In this document: positions 12,760 through 24,004 of the stretch, piece by piece
Layout of the letters: each line of letters begins with the position of its first letter
Position numbering within the stretch: the first letter of the stretch is position 1
NCBI GenBank assembly: GCA_000165345.1
Contig: CM000433.1
Coordinates: forward strand, 352,001 to 416,000
DNA length: 64,000 bases
Reading direction: 5' to 3'
Notes under the pieces: model-generated
Told to the model about the DNA's origin: nothing
Databases searched by the model: none
Seen by the model: only the letters and a program-made list of their open reading frames with translations
Translations under genes and position numbers: made by a program

Positions 12760-14406
12760 TTATCTTTTATATTTTGTCTGCTTAAAATTGAAATTCAGGT
12801 ATAGGGTAGAGTTCTCGAAATAGCTTTTAAACCCGCTTCTAGGATTTAAATCCCACTCTTTATCAATGATTGAAAACCCAACATCTTTATAAATTTTATG
12901 ATCGCATGTAATGATCAATAATTTATTCATGACAGAAATTTCATTTTCACAAAATAATATATCCTCGTGAACTTTAAGTAAGACCTCTTCGTTCGTTACT
13001 AGTAACTTATTTTTCTTAAGATATTTATCTTTTGTAGTGATATACCATCTAGGAATAATACCCGAATTTTCTGCTTTGCCTAAGAGAGGATATTTAATTT
13101 TAAACTTGTATCCTTGAATAATTTTTGGAGGAAGAGTTTCATTGGAATAGTAGTTTTTATTATATTGGTTCCAATAGTATCTTGCTTTTATCATCGAGTA
13201 TACGCATGGTAATATTAGCTCTGTTATTTGGTATCCTGATCTGTTACTAAAGTATCTTTCGTTTGATTGGGAAAACTCTATTAAAGGTAGATCAATAAGT
13301 TGATCAACTTTTTCATAATCGTCATATTGGTTATATATTTCTTCTGTATTTGAGATACGATCAGCAGAATTGATAATTTTCTCATTTGCGCAGTTATTAT
13401 CATCTTGAATAATGATATTGTACTTGGAAATAAGTAAGCTCGCCCATTTTTCAAAACATTCATAATAAGTTTTTTCTACAATCTCAACATTTAATTTACA
13501 TATTCTAACTTTTGTGATAACAGCGACTCTTTTCCAATAATCTTCATCTGCTAATTCCTGAGACTGAAACATAATATCTTTTAATTCATTGATTTCTTTG
13601 TTATTCAATATTTCATTGATTTCCCGATCGTCACTTTGATAAAAATTAGCATTTTTATTAAGTTCATCTATTTTTGCTTTTAATAATATCTCTAAACCAT
13701 CTAGTATATCTTGCCACTCAGGAATTAACAAAAGATCTGTATTCGTGTTACTTAGCTGCTTGTGCTTACTAACTATCTGATATAAAAGCGAAATACAATC
13801 GTTAGACTCATTTGGATGAGTTATAAAGACTTCATCAAGTAATTTGAATAATTTTTTATCTTTTAGAGAAATCAAATAGGAGATAGAGGCGGATAGTCCT
13901 GTTTTGATTAATGATGGCATTGACGATAATGTTGAATTTAATTTAAAATATGAATAAATTAAAAGTTTCCAGAAGAAAGTATCAAATAAATTTTCCCTAT
14001 GTTCCCTTATTCTGATAATTGATGAGCTTTGTAATTGTAGTTTTTCAAAATTTTTTTCATTTTCAATCCATTTGCCATAATCAAAGTGATTATTAGAAAC
14101 ATTTCTAGTTTGCAGTTTTTCCTCAAAGTTTTCTCTTCTCTTTTTTATTTCAATAATCTCGGCAGTATTTATTGGACAAACTCCAAATTGGTACCAAGGA
14201 TAAGCATTACATTTTTGTTTGAAAGAACTGCCTTTCTTTTCTTGCTCAAACTTCTTTTCCCAAATAAATGGAAGGGATAAATTATTATCACCAAATGGGT
14301 TGAACTCGTCAGAGTAGCCTATGTCCTTTATTATCGACTCTCTACTTTCTCTACATCTTTTTAGTTGCAATTTTTTTTCAAATTCTATTTCATTTGAAAT
14401 TTCCAT
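12760..14406 (-). CDS. Cactin (spliceosome-associated)
   Basis: The C-terminus YWNQYNKNYYSNETLPPKIIQGYKFKIKYP...FSIIDKEWDLNPRSGFKSYFENSTLYLNFNFKQTKYKR matches the Cactin C-terminal domain (PPKVVQGYKFNIFYPDL...FENGVLHLYFNFKRYRYRR). Confidence 0.85.
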   Translation of the reverse strand: MEISNEIEFEKKLQLKRCRESRESIIKDIGYSDEFNPFGDNNLSLPFIWEKKFEQEKKGSSFKQKCNAYPWYQFGVCPINTAEIIEIKKRRENFEEKLQTRNVSNNHFDYGKWIENEKNFEKLQLQSSSIIRIREHRENLFDTFFWKLLIYSYFKLNSTLSSMPSLIKTGLSASISYLISLKDKKLFKLLDEVFITHPNESNDCISLLYQIVSKHKQLSNTNTDLLLIPEWQDILDGLEILLKAKIDELNKNANFYQSDDREINEILNNKEINELKDIMFQSQELADEDYWKRVAVITKVRICKLNVEIVEKTYYECFEKWASLLISKYNIIIQDDNNCANEKIINSADRISNTEEIYNQYDDYEKVDQLIDLPLIEFSQSNERYFSNRSGYQITELILPCVYSMIKARYYWNQYNKNYYSNETLPPKIIQGYKFKIKYPLLGKAENSGIIPRWYITTKDKYLKKNKLLVTNEEVLLKVHEDILFCENEISVMNKLLIITCDHKIYKDVGFSIIDKEWDLNPRSGFKSYFENSTLYLNFNFKQTKYKR

Positions 14407-14500
14407 TATTTATTTTGGGCGCAATTTAGCAATATTAGTAATCTTGAAATAATGGACAACGGGTGTAAAAAAAAAAAAAATCACCTTAAAAGCGAATAAA

Positions 14501-15403
14501 ATGATTGAAATTCCAATCATTGGAAGAGTTAATAGTTGCTATAATGAAAAATGGGGTACTCCTAGACAAGGTAAATATGGCCTATCCAGCTTAGCAACAA
14601 TTGAATTGAATACCAATATTGTATGTAGAGACAAATTAAAAGATCTTGAAGAACATTCACATACTATCCTAATATTTATTTTTAATTTGAACAAAATAAA
14701 AAACTCTCAAAAGAAAAATTTTTTATATATTAATAATACAAATGCATATTTTGTTCATCAGAATGCAAAAGTAACTCCTCCGAAAATAGATAGTGGGGAA
14801 AAAAGAGGATGTCTAGCTACCAGATCTCCTCATAGACCAGTTCCAATTGGGTTAACTATTTGTAATATTGTGAATATTGATTTATTTGGTATGAAAATTC
14901 AAGTTGGAGGTGTTGATATTATCGATGGTACACCTATTGTTGAGATTTTTCCATATTCTCTAAATTACTCAATTTCTAGGAATGTGATTCATACACCAAA
15001 TTGGGTAAAACCTGAAAAAAATTCGGGAATAATAAATTTATGCATTTACTTTTCATTTGCATCTTTTTTAGATATATTAGGTATTTCTAAATTAAAAAAA
15101 ATAGAAACAAATATCCAATTTTTTGATGACGGGGATTCGTATAGAAATTTCAATAAATTACGCAATTTCATTGTAGAAATTTTGAAAATTGATCCGAGAT
15201 CAAGATATTCAAAAAAAAAGACCAAGCTCACTCTCTTTGGGATAAAGCTGTTCAATAGTTTTCAATTAATATATCATCATCATAAAATGTGTATCAAAGT
15301 CATACGTTTTTTACACACAAGTAATTTATTAGTTGAAGGTTTAAACCCAAGAACAATAAATTGGTATAACCGACTAAAAAATTTCATTTCTTTAGATATG
15401 TGA
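14501..15403 (+). CDS. tRNA methyltransferase TrmO (TsaA-like / YaeB family) with a eukaryotic C-terminal extension
   Basis: WGTPRQG...TILIFIF...KVTPPKIDSGEKRGCLATRSPHRPVPIGLTICNIVNIDLFGMKIQVGGVDIIDGTPIVEIFPY matches the TsaA motifs (GtPrQ, ATRSPhRPNPIGLS, DllDGTPvlDIKPY). Confidence 0.8.
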   Translation: MIEIPIIGRVNSCYNEKWGTPRQGKYGLSSLATIELNTNIVCRDKLKDLEEHSHTILIFIFNLNKIKNSQKKNFLYINNTNAYFVHQNAKVTPPKIDSGEKRGCLATRSPHRPVPIGLTICNIVNIDLFGMKIQVGGVDIIDGTPIVEIFPYSLNYSISRNVIHTPNWVKPEKNSGIINLCIYFSFASFLDILGISKLKKIETNIQFFDDGDSYRNFNKLRNFIVEILKIDPRSRYSKKKTKLTLFGIKLFNSFQLIYHHHKMCIKVIRFLHTSNLLVEGLNPRTINWYNRLKNFISLDM

Positions 15404-16255
15404 GATTTTGTTTCTTTAACTCGTTTGATATTTAAGTACAGAATTGCCTAAGCTTTTATTTCGTGTCATAGAATTTCTTAGATTTCAAAGATAATAAATT
15501 ACTAATTAAATTTGGTATATTTTTAAGTTGATTATAAATGTCTATTTCCTTATATTTGTTTCTAAAGACAGTAATTTGGTAGTATAGAATGTTTTGTTGG
15601 CATCATTAAGAGTTTGATAATGAATAACTTTTTTCATTAAATTTCGAGTATATCTCAAAGTCTAATGTTTTGTAGTTTGCTTATTACTAAAATTATATAC
15701 TTGATTGCTGATATGGAGTGTCAGATATTTAACAAACACAAGCTTACCCTTAATATAACAATCTATCAAAACTTTCAAAACGCTACATTACATATTACCC
15801 TCGAAGTATTTTTAAATTTTCTGAAATGTATATATATTATATAATTATTTCATTATAAGTATGCTTTGTGAGTTTGGATACTAACTAAAAAATATTAGTG
15901 GTTCAGTTCAGCATTTTAATAATTAACAAGAATTAAATTTTTTAATGTAAAAAAATATAATTTTATGCGAACGTAAAATTATGCAAAGTTAACACAAGAC
16001 GATTCTCTTTTTTTGGAGCTCGCTTAATTAATTGAATTCAAGGAGAATCAAGAAATATTCGATAGGAAATCATATTCTCGAGCTTATCAAGCATTGCTTG
16101 TAAAGTAACTTAAGACATTAGATTATAACTAGTTAAGCGCCTTGCTTATCCATTAAATTTGGCAATTTATAACCGCAAAAAAAAACTTCTAAAATCAGTC
16201 AAATCAGTTCAAAATACTGGTTACCGTAATATATTTAAGCTATAAATTTTTGAGT

Positions 16256-18268
16256 ATGATAGTTAAATCAAAACAAGAATCAGGCCGTATTAAGTCACCA
16301 AAACTAACAACTAGCTCTGTAAATCATTTAGCAGATGATCGAGTGATAAAATATATTGTTGTTACAGGTGGTACTTTGAGCGGACTAGGTAAAGGAATAG
16401 CTATAAGCTCGCTTGGCTTATGCCTTAAAAGCAGAGGATATAATGTAACAGCGATAAAAATAGATCCTTATTTGAATATTGACGCAGGGACTATGTCTCC
16501 CTTTGAGCATGGTGAGGTTTTTGTATTAGATGATGGAGAGGAAGTCGATTTGGATTTGGGAAATTATGAAAGGTTCTTGGGATTAAATTTGACCAATATC
16601 AATTCTATTACAACAGGGAAGGTTTTCTCTGAAGTTATTAGTCGCGAAAGAAGGGGAGAGTACTTAGGAAAGACTGTTCAAGTTGTGCCGCATTTGACTG
16701 ATTATATTCAAGAACGAATAAAGCTTGCTGGCATTTCAGGATATTATGATAGTTCTGATAATTACATTTTACCAGATATTTGTATGATAGAAGTTGGTGG
16801 AACTGTAGGAGATATTGAAAGTTCTGTTTATTTAGAAGCATTACAACAATTTATATTTAATATTGGTTCTGAAAATATTGCATTTATTCATGTATGCTAT
16901 TTGCCCTATGTTGGAAATCAACTAAAAAAGAAGCCAACTCAACATAGCGTATCTAGATTACGAGAAGTCGGATTAAAGCCAGATTTTTTGTTTGGAAGGT
17001 GCGAAGTTCCTATTGATGATATATGCAGAGAACAGTTAAAGGTATTTACTCAAGTGAAAAAAGAGCATATTATTTCGGTACACACAGTCGAACATCCAAG
17101 CGCTGTAGTAAAATTGTTAGAATCTCAAGAACTTGCGGACAAGGTGTGCAGGCGTCTTGGTTTATCTATACGAGAACCAGGAAAGCTATTAGCTGATTGG
17201 TTTAATATTATAGATTTATCAATATTAACTGATAAACTTCACCGTGGGGAAAGCATCCCCTCTGGCATGCCGAATCCATTTATAAATGGAAAGTCACGAA
17301 TTGGAATTGTAGGAAAGTATATTGCATCTGATGACACTTACCTAAGTGTAATTGAAGCTCTTAAGCATGCGGCATTACATGTTAAGATTCAATTAGAAGT
17401 TGTTTGGATTGAAGCCACTCAATTAGAGGCAGAGACGGAAATTATATCGAATAATTCAGCTTTAAAAACCTCGAAATCTACTTGGGATTTATTAAAATCT
17501 GTCAATGGCATTCTTGTTCCTGGAGGATTTGGAAAAAGAGGAATAAACGGAAAGATCGAGGCAATTAATTATTCTCGAGTAAATAATATTCCTTTCTTAG
17601 GTATTTGTCTTGGAATGCAGCTGTCAGTAGTCGAGTTTTGCAAAAATGTTTTAAAATTACCGCTTGCAACATCACAAGAGTTCGAAGATGATTTAGTTTT
17701 AGACTTAAAGCCAATCTCTAGTATGGATGAGTTGAACCTTGCTCACGCCAGCAATGGTACGTTGAGCGTTGGCGAGGAAATACTTAGCCCTAATACAGAT
17801 ATTGAACTTTCATCCAGGTCCGTTCATGTTGTCGTTACCATGAGCGAATTTACTAGTAGTGATAAAGGTGGTACAATGAGGTTAGGAGGTTGGAACACTA
17901 TGATACACGATAAGAACTCACTCGCCTATAGAATCTATAACTCATGTAAATTCCAATCATTTACAACTCTTTGTACAGAGACGGGTGAAGAGATTTACAC
18001 TATTAGGGAAAGGCACCGACACCGTTACGAAATAAATCCTGAATTTGTGCCTCTGATGGAGAAAAATGGCATGAAGTTTGTTGGAAAGGACGTGGATGTT
18101 AGCAAGAATGAAATTCTAGAGTTACCATCCCATCCATTTTTCATTGCTGCTCAATATCACCCTGAGTTCACTTCAAGGCCAATGAGCCCAAATCCATTAT
18201 TTTACGGCCTTATTCTCGCATCAATAGGGAAAATTAAACATAATGAGGCCCTCTACGAATTCATTTAA
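16256..18268 (+). CDS. CTP synthase (synthetase domain plus glutamine amidotransferase domain)
   Basis: IKYIVVTGGTLSGLGKGIAISSLG (N-terminal synthetase motif) and ...NIPFLGICLGMQL (GATase catalytic Cys). The ORF track begins at a TTG at 16250; the true ATG is at 16256. Confidence 0.95.
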   Translation: MIVKSKQESGRIKSPKLTTSSVNHLADDRVIKYIVVTGGTLSGLGKGIAISSLGLCLKSRGYNVTAIKIDPYLNIDAGTMSPFEHGEVFVLDDGEEVDLDLGNYERFLGLNLTNINSITTGKVFSEVISRERRGEYLGKTVQVVPHLTDYIQERIKLAGISGYYDSSDNYILPDICMIEVGGTVGDIESSVYLEALQQFIFNIGSENIAFIHVCYLPYVGNQLKKKPTQHSVSRLREVGLKPDFLFGRCEVPIDDICREQLKVFTQVKKEHIISVHTVEHPSAVVKLLESQELADKVCRRLGLSIREPGKLLADWFNIIDLSILTDKLHRGESIPSGMPNPFINGKSRIGIVGKYIASDDTYLSVIEALKHAALHVKIQLEVVWIEATQLEAETEIISNNSALKTSKSTWDLLKSVNGILVPGGFGKRGINGKIEAINYSRVNNIPFLGICLGMQLSVVEFCKNVLKLPLATSQEFEDDLVLDLKPISSMDELNLAHASNGTLSVGEEILSPNTDIELSSRSVHVVVTMSEFTSSDKGGTMRLGGWNTMIHDKNSLAYRIYNSCKFQSFTTLCTETGEEIYTIRERHRHRYEINPEFVPLMEKNGMKFVGKDVDVSKNEILELPSHPFFIAAQYHPEFTSRPMSPNPLFYGLILASIGKIKHNEALYEFI

Positions 18269-18400
18269 TTAATTTTGAGTCTTAATATGAGTACATTTCA
18301 TACTCTTGTAGTTCTGCTTGATAGAGAATACATATATTGAGTTATTTTAATCCCTGAATTTATAACCGCGGTATCTTTTTTTTTCGTTTTATGAAATAAG

Positions 18401-19051
18401 ATGTACAATTATAAAATTGCAATACTTGCTTTCTCAATTTTGACTTGTATCTGTCTCTCGACAGCTGATAAATACTTGGAGGTACATCTATACTGTAATG
18501 AGAAAGTTTTGAAAGAAAAATTACCCGTAAAGAACTCCGACGATTTTACACCTTTTTTAAAAAAGGACTTTAAATGTGCTTCAGTAAGTTTTGTCATCAA
18601 TAACTAAACAATTGCATCATTATTTTAGCAAAATGATCATGTAAAAGTAATTATTCCTGAGTCTAACAGCATAGCGACATCCAAGCTAACTTCAAATATT
18701 GCGCTTTACGTTACAATGAATAATGGCATGATAGTAGGTGTAAACATGATTGAAAGCGAACAAATTAGAGATAGTGAATACGTTTTTAAAGAAGTTAAAG
18801 TAATTGATATGAATACAATATCCGATGTTGATCCTGCTACTTCGGCTACTAGCGAAATTGAGACTCAAAAAACTACTAAAACCGAACCATCATTTTTAAG
18901 GAAATATTGGTGGTTAATCGCAATAGGATTTATTACTTATTCTGTATTGACTACAGATCAGAGTTTAACTGAGCACACGGAAATCAATTCGGCCAATGGA
19001 CAAATACACGAAGGGAAAAGCAGTAGAAAAGCAAATAAAAAGAGTTTGTAA
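18401..19051 (+). CDS. Two-exon type I membrane protein (signal peptide plus C-terminal TM), function unknown. join(18401..18583, 18629..19051)
   Basis: A 45-nt intron (GTAAGT at 18584 to ttattttAG at 18628) joins ORFs 18401 and 18716 in frame. N-terminus MYNYKIAILAFSILTCICLSTA; C-terminal TM YWWLIAIGFITYSVLTT followed by a basic tail. Confidence 0.6.
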
Positions 19052-19053
19052 AA

Positions 19054-20178
19054 CTACTTTGTGTTTATTTTTTTTTTTTTAATGAACGCTAGATAAAGAG
19101 GCCCAATTCCATTATTTGAATCTGGAAGGATGTAAGAGCCAAATTTTGTATACTCAAAAACTATGATATTCTTCTCATTTCCTTCTATGTTAAAACACAA
19201 TTTTTCATTAGATTTTTCATCAAACTCCTCTTTCTTTAATTCATTTCTAATAGGTTTTAAGATTATTTTTACTTGGTCATACCTGTTATTAAACTCTTTT
19301 ATAATATTTAACATTAACTTAAAACAGTCATTCGTACTGATCTCTAAATTATTGCATATGCGTTCCACAGTGTAGTCATTTTCAATTTCATTTAAAGTGC
19401 ACGTACAATATAAGATTATTCCGTTGTCTTGCAACAGTCCTATCGCATTATTTATTATTTCAGCTTGACGTTCGGAATTTCTTTTTGCAAGCTTTATCGA
19501 CCAATGTTTAAAATCATTTGATAGAATCAAGTGACGGTCCGATGAGCAAGGAGCGTCGACCAAAATTTTCAAAAATCGGCTTTGCTTACGTAGTGAATAC
19601 AATAGCGAAGGACTTGTCGCATCATTTGAAATAGTAACTGCATTTACTCTATTTAGATCAAAGCTACCAATATGGCTTTGCAAAACTTTATTAAGTCTGC
19701 TGAACCGACCTTTATCATATTCGTTACAAGTTATATGACACATTTTATCTTTCTCACCATGTTTGTTAATGTCTTCTAAGATTCTTTTAATAATGATTAA
19801 AGCTTTACCTCCAGGAGCGGAGCACAGATCCAATACTGTAGAAAACCTGTCAATATCTAATAAATAGCTTACAATGATACTTGCTGCGTCCATAAAATAT
19901 ATACATTTTTCAGGAACAATCAATGGCTCATTTTCTAATAAATTGAATTTATTATCGTAAGTCAAATAGTATGTAAAGGGAAATACCCACCTTTTATAGA
20001 TTTTCCCGTTTATTTCTATCAGGTGTGCCTTACTTGAATCAAATTGGTTTACAACTGCAACGTGGCGTGGATTAGCTGATAAGGCAGGCAATAGAGACTT
20101 GTGAAGACGTTCTTTGGTAAATAAATATTCATGATACGCTATCCATCCAAACTTTCCACAAAGATTTGAAATTAACAT
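19054..20178 (-). CDS. NOL1/NOP2/Sun-family RNA m5C methyltransferase
   Basis: SAM motif LDLCSAPGGKA, motif IV ILVDAPCSSDRHL and motif VI LYCTCTLNEIEN. Confidence 0.75.
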   Translation of the reverse strand: MLISNLCGKFGWIAYHEYLFTKERLHKSLLPALSANPRHVAVVNQFDSSKAHLIEINGKIYKRWVFPFTYYLTYDNKFNLLENEPLIVPEKCIYFMDAASIIVSYLLDIDRFSTVLDLCSAPGGKALIIIKRILEDINKHGEKDKMCHITCNEYDKGRFSRLNKVLQSHIGSFDLNRVNAVTISNDATSPSLLYSLRKQSRFLKILVDAPCSSDRHLILSNDFKHWSIKLAKRNSERQAEIINNAIGLLQDNGIILYCTCTLNEIENDYTVERICNNLEISTNDCFKLMLNIIKEFNNRYDQVKIILKPIRNELKKEEFDEKSNEKLCFNIEGNEKNIIVFEYTKFGSYILPDSNNGIGPLYLAFIKKKKINTK

Positions 20179-20249
20179 AGTTTATGAAAGTAGAATGAAA
20201 TAATAAAAATCGGCGGTATCTAACAGCTTTTGACATTAAAATGGCTATT

Positions 20250-21617
20250 CTAATTTTGAGAAATATTCCAGAGATCAAGAGAGTTATTATCTAAAAAAAA
20301 TCTGTATGCATCTTCTTTTGAATGGCAATAGTAAATCTTCCATCTAAAAAAAATCCTTGAAGGCCTTACGCCTTCCCATATTAAACTACAGCTAGTTGTT
20401 GTTTCAATTGGTTGATCCCATTTAATGCGATTTAGAAGTAAGTTTTTATAGAACTTTATCGATTTTTTTGAGCCTTCCACTAAAATAATGCACGGGTCAA
20501 TAGAACTAATAACACAACAGCCTGTTAAATGGCAGTCATGTGCATTTCTATCAATCTTGAAAATATACCTTTTGTTCTTAAGACTACCAATTTTAAATAT
20601 TGCAGCATGCACTATTGGATTATTTTGATCCAACTTCCATTTATTTTCTTTCTTTTTACACTTATCTTCCTGATTATGCTTTAATGGCGCATTTCTATCT
20701 TCATGCAGCTTTATCCTCTCTTCTTTCTGTTTCTTTATTTCAAGCTCAATATTTGAAGGTTCAGCGACTACTTTTTCGTTTAAAATGTTATGTAAATTTG
20801 AGAGTTTAAGTATGGGTCTAAGAGGAGATTCAATACCCATTCGAATTCGATCTTGCCTTTCCATTTCTTTTTCTTGTCGATTCATTCTACGAAGTCGTGC
20901 TTTTTCCTTTTTTGTTAGGAAAATAACAGATGAAACATTTTCGTCAGGATCAAAGTAAGGTTCTAAAGGAACAGGATGCTCAATTAGATTACTTATCTTA
21001 GAAACTAATATTTCAAATGGGAATTCATCTTCTGAAACATTCTCCTTTGGCTTAACAAAAGGCATATCCCAATGCTCAAGTTCCGGAATTAGAACTTTAG
21101 AAAAAACACTTTCATCATTCAAAAAAAATAACTCTTCTACTTGCCTCCTTTTTTTCCTAGAAACAAGATCAGGATCATTTAGTTCAATCTCTGCTCTAGA
21201 AAATACTCCTTTCCTAATAAATCTTAAAGCTTTTTTGGATTTCTGTTTGATAATTAATCGTGGATCAGTAAATTCTGTACATCTCTTTTGAGCAATTGAG
21301 TTTAACTTAGGTTCTTTCACATTTAAAGCTTCGATGCAAGAAAATTTATGCTCACTATTTGATGTGGGTTTAGACGAAACAAGAGTGTAATTATTTTCCA
21401 AATTCAAATGCCCATTTTCAGTTGTCTTTATAATTAGTTCGTTAACATCAGCTTTTGAATGTAATATTGATAAATTCTTTTCGATTCTACTTTGTATTGC
21501 AAGAGCTTTCTTTGCTTTTTCTAAAAGCAGTTTATCATCATGACTTGAATTTAGTTGCGTAGCCTCACTTTTATTTGATGACAATTCATTATTTTTAATT
21601 TCAAACATTATCTTCAA
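20250..21617 (-). CDS. U4/U6 snRNP protein Prp3
   Basis: Central PRP3 region (…KEKARLRRMNRQEKEMERQDRIRMG…) and the C-terminal DUF1115-type domain (…HDCHLTGCCVISSIDPCIILVEGSKKSIKFYKNLLLNRIKWDQP…RFFLDNNSLDLW). Confidence 0.7.
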   Translation of the reverse strand: MKIMFEIKNNELSSNKSEATQLNSSHDDKLLLEKAKKALAIQSRIEKNLSILHSKADVNELIIKTTENGHLNLENNYTLVSSKPTSNSEHKFSCIEALNVKEPKLNSIAQKRCTEFTDPRLIIKQKSKKALRFIRKGVFSRAEIELNDPDLVSRKKRRQVEELFFLNDESVFSKVLIPELEHWDMPFVKPKENVSEDEFPFEILVSKISNLIEHPVPLEPYFDPDENVSSVIFLTKKEKARLRRMNRQEKEMERQDRIRMGIESPLRPILKLSNLHNILNEKVVAEPSNIELEIKKQKEERIKLHEDRNAPLKHNQEDKCKKKENKWKLDQNNPIVHAAIFKIGSLKNKRYIFKIDRNAHDCHLTGCCVISSIDPCIILVEGSKKSIKFYKNLLLNRIKWDQPIETTTSCSLIWEGVRPSRIFFRWKIYYCHSKEDAYRFFLDNNSLDLWNISQN

Positions 21618-21774
21618 ATAAATTCATTATTGGCGAGCAAAAAAAAAAAATAATAGCCGCCTGATAGTAATTTAGTACCGGTCCTACATGTAAAATTAGC
21701 AAATGGGGAAATATAAAAAAAAAATGTCTTGACATTTTGTGATACTGAAATACATAACAAAAATACAAATTAAA

Positions 21775-23047
21775 ATGGCGACCTCCCAATTAAGCAAGCA
21801 AACACAGCAAGTAAGTTTGATTTAAATGAAATTGAACTCCATATATTGTTATTTATTATCAGCAAGTAACAGATATTCAATCTTTGAATATGATGAGAAA
21901 TACAATTAGAACCGCAGTATCTTCAGTTGCGTATTTGAGAAATTTGTTCGATGAAGAGGCGTTTGAAGATAAAAATGTTTCTGGATTACAACTTAAAGTG
22001 TTGAGGCCTTTTAACCAAGAGTCTAAATTAATTTTAAATTGGCTAGAAGATGGAGTATTTGACGCTTTAGAAAAACAGTATTTAAAGTTACTAGTTTTTG
22101 GAATACATGGTGAGTGCGATGAGCTCATTGAAAGCTACCACTTCCACTTCAACTATTCTGAAAAAGGGACTAATATTAATTTGAAACGTAAATCTAAAGA
22201 GAAGGAGACATCAAATTCGCAAGAGATTAATAATTTTGGATGTTGCACCAAAGAATATGCTAGACAACAAACGGTCCAATTATTGCGTGCGTTGATTTTA
22301 TTAACGCAGTCATTATCCCCACTACCTGAATCTAGATATATGTCTATGAAGCTTTGGTATTACGAAGACCGTGTTCCAAATGATTATGAACCAAATCACT
22401 TTAGACCCGCGAGGTCGTCTGATATACTATCATTCAATGAAATTCCCATTGATACTGTTGTTGGTAATGTTGATACCAAATTTCATACCTTATCTGTAAA
22501 AGTTAAAAGTGCTGTTGAGAATTATAATGATAGCTCTGAACTGAATTTATACACGAATTTGAGTGCAAGTCAATTAAAAAAAAAAGAAAAAATACCAGAA
22601 AAGCAAGAGTTATTGAAAATTCAAACTTTTAGCAATGATAAAATAAAAGAAAGAACTGATGAGGAGTTAACAGCAGGCTCATCAACTGAATCTAAACAAA
22701 TAAAATTAAACGAATTAATTCCAAATCATAACGGTTCGCCTACCGATGATAGGACTATTAAAACAATTAATTCAGTTGAACTACTTGAGAAGGCTACTGA
22801 AGTAGTAAAATTTCTTAAATTCGTAAACAAAGGAAACCTTGCTATGGCTCTTGATATTGAAAAAGAGAGGGCTAGTAATCTTATTGAAATATTATTAGAT
22901 AATGGCCATCTATTAAACAAAGTTGTGAAGGGGAAAGGATATCCCGTAAAAGAGAGAGAAATTGGTGAAAGAAGAGTTAAAAATAAAAGTATTTGCAAAA
23001 AGAGAATGACAAAAAGAAAGATTGATGAAAAAAATACCAAGAATTAA
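21775..23047 (+). CDS. HORMA-domain meiotic protein, Hop1/HORMAD-like. join(21775..21810, 21863..23047)
   Basis: IRTAVSSVAYLRNLFDEEAFEDKNVSGLQLKVLRPF...NWLEDGVFDALEKQYLKLLVFGIHG...LIESYHFHFNYS aligns with the HORMAD1/Hop1 HORMA domain (LLAVSVSCITYLRGIFPE...LKILRED...WMLGCYDALQKKYLRMVVLAVY...ISECYQFKFKYT). A 12-codon 5' exon (MATSQLSKQTQQ) joins through a 52-nt GTAAGT...CAG intron in frame. Confidence 0.8.
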
Positions 23048-23113
23048 AGAATGACAAAAAAGTCTGCGAAGATAATTATTACCTCAAATATATTAACTGT
23101 ATAGATAAACTCC

Positions 23114-23662
23114 TTATGAGCTAGTTCCTCTTCCTCTAAAACCTCTGGGAGATGCCCCTCTTGCAAATCCTCTTCCTCTTACACCTCTACTTTGACCACC
23201 ACGGCCTGGTGAGCCATTAAAACCTCTTTTTTTTCCTATTGCAGCCTCCCCAGTTTTTTTGGTAGTTTTTTGAGTAGATGGCTTTGGTAAGAATCTCGAC
23301 ATTGGCAATAATTGTTGAGGATCGATAAAAATTTTGGTCCCTGTAACGAAAGACTCAGCTTTAACTCCATTGTTCATTTTAATAGAAAAGAAATAGGTGT
23401 TGATAGGGCCAAGAATTTCGTCAACCTTTCCTATTTCTTCTTTATTCTCTAGGAATATTCTTCCATTGAAGTATGGAACTTGGTCGTTAAGGAAGCTTTT
23501 GCATACTAGCTCGTGCTCGCTTGAATGCAGCACCTCTCCCAATTCAGTTATTGAGGATGGGGGACCTGAAAATGAGGGTCTGCCATTTGAAGGTACACCG
23601 CCTTTGCCACGTGAGCTACCTCGACCACCACGAAAGTTTCCACGGCTACCTCTTGCTGACAT
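23114..23662 (-). CDS. H/ACA snoRNP protein Gar1
   Basis: Core IGKVDEILGPINTYFFSIKMNNGVKAESFVTGTKIF flanked by N- and C-terminal RGG/GAR tracts. Confidence 0.9.
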   Translation of the reverse strand: MSARGSRGNFRGGRGSSRGKGGVPSNGRPSFSGPPSSITELGEVLHSSEHELVCKSFLNDQVPYFNGRIFLENKEEIGKVDEILGPINTYFFSIKMNNGVKAESFVTGTKIFIDPQQLLPMSRFLPKPSTQKTTKKTGEAAIGKKRGFNGSPGRGGQSRGVRGRGFARGASPRGFRGRGTSS

Positions 23663-24004
23663 TTTTTTTTTTTTTGTTAAATACTATTATTTATCCGCCT
23701 CTCCGGCTAAAGTCAAAACGACATTATATGGCGCCTACAGACATTTAATTATTTGGTTAATGCAAAGCTTGACTAACCACCTGTTCTAACTACACTTTAA
23801 ATATTTAAACATTGAGAAAGAAAATCTTGAGCTTCTTCTTCTGACTCCGAACTCTCACTCTATTTTGTATTTATAATATCTAACTATTTTAAAAAGTTTT
23901 AAAGAAAACTTACCACGTATCTCAAATCAATTTGCCATAGCGCACTATTTGAGTTAATTAAATATAGCATATCCCTGAACATCTTTCTAAATATATTAAG
24001 TAGG

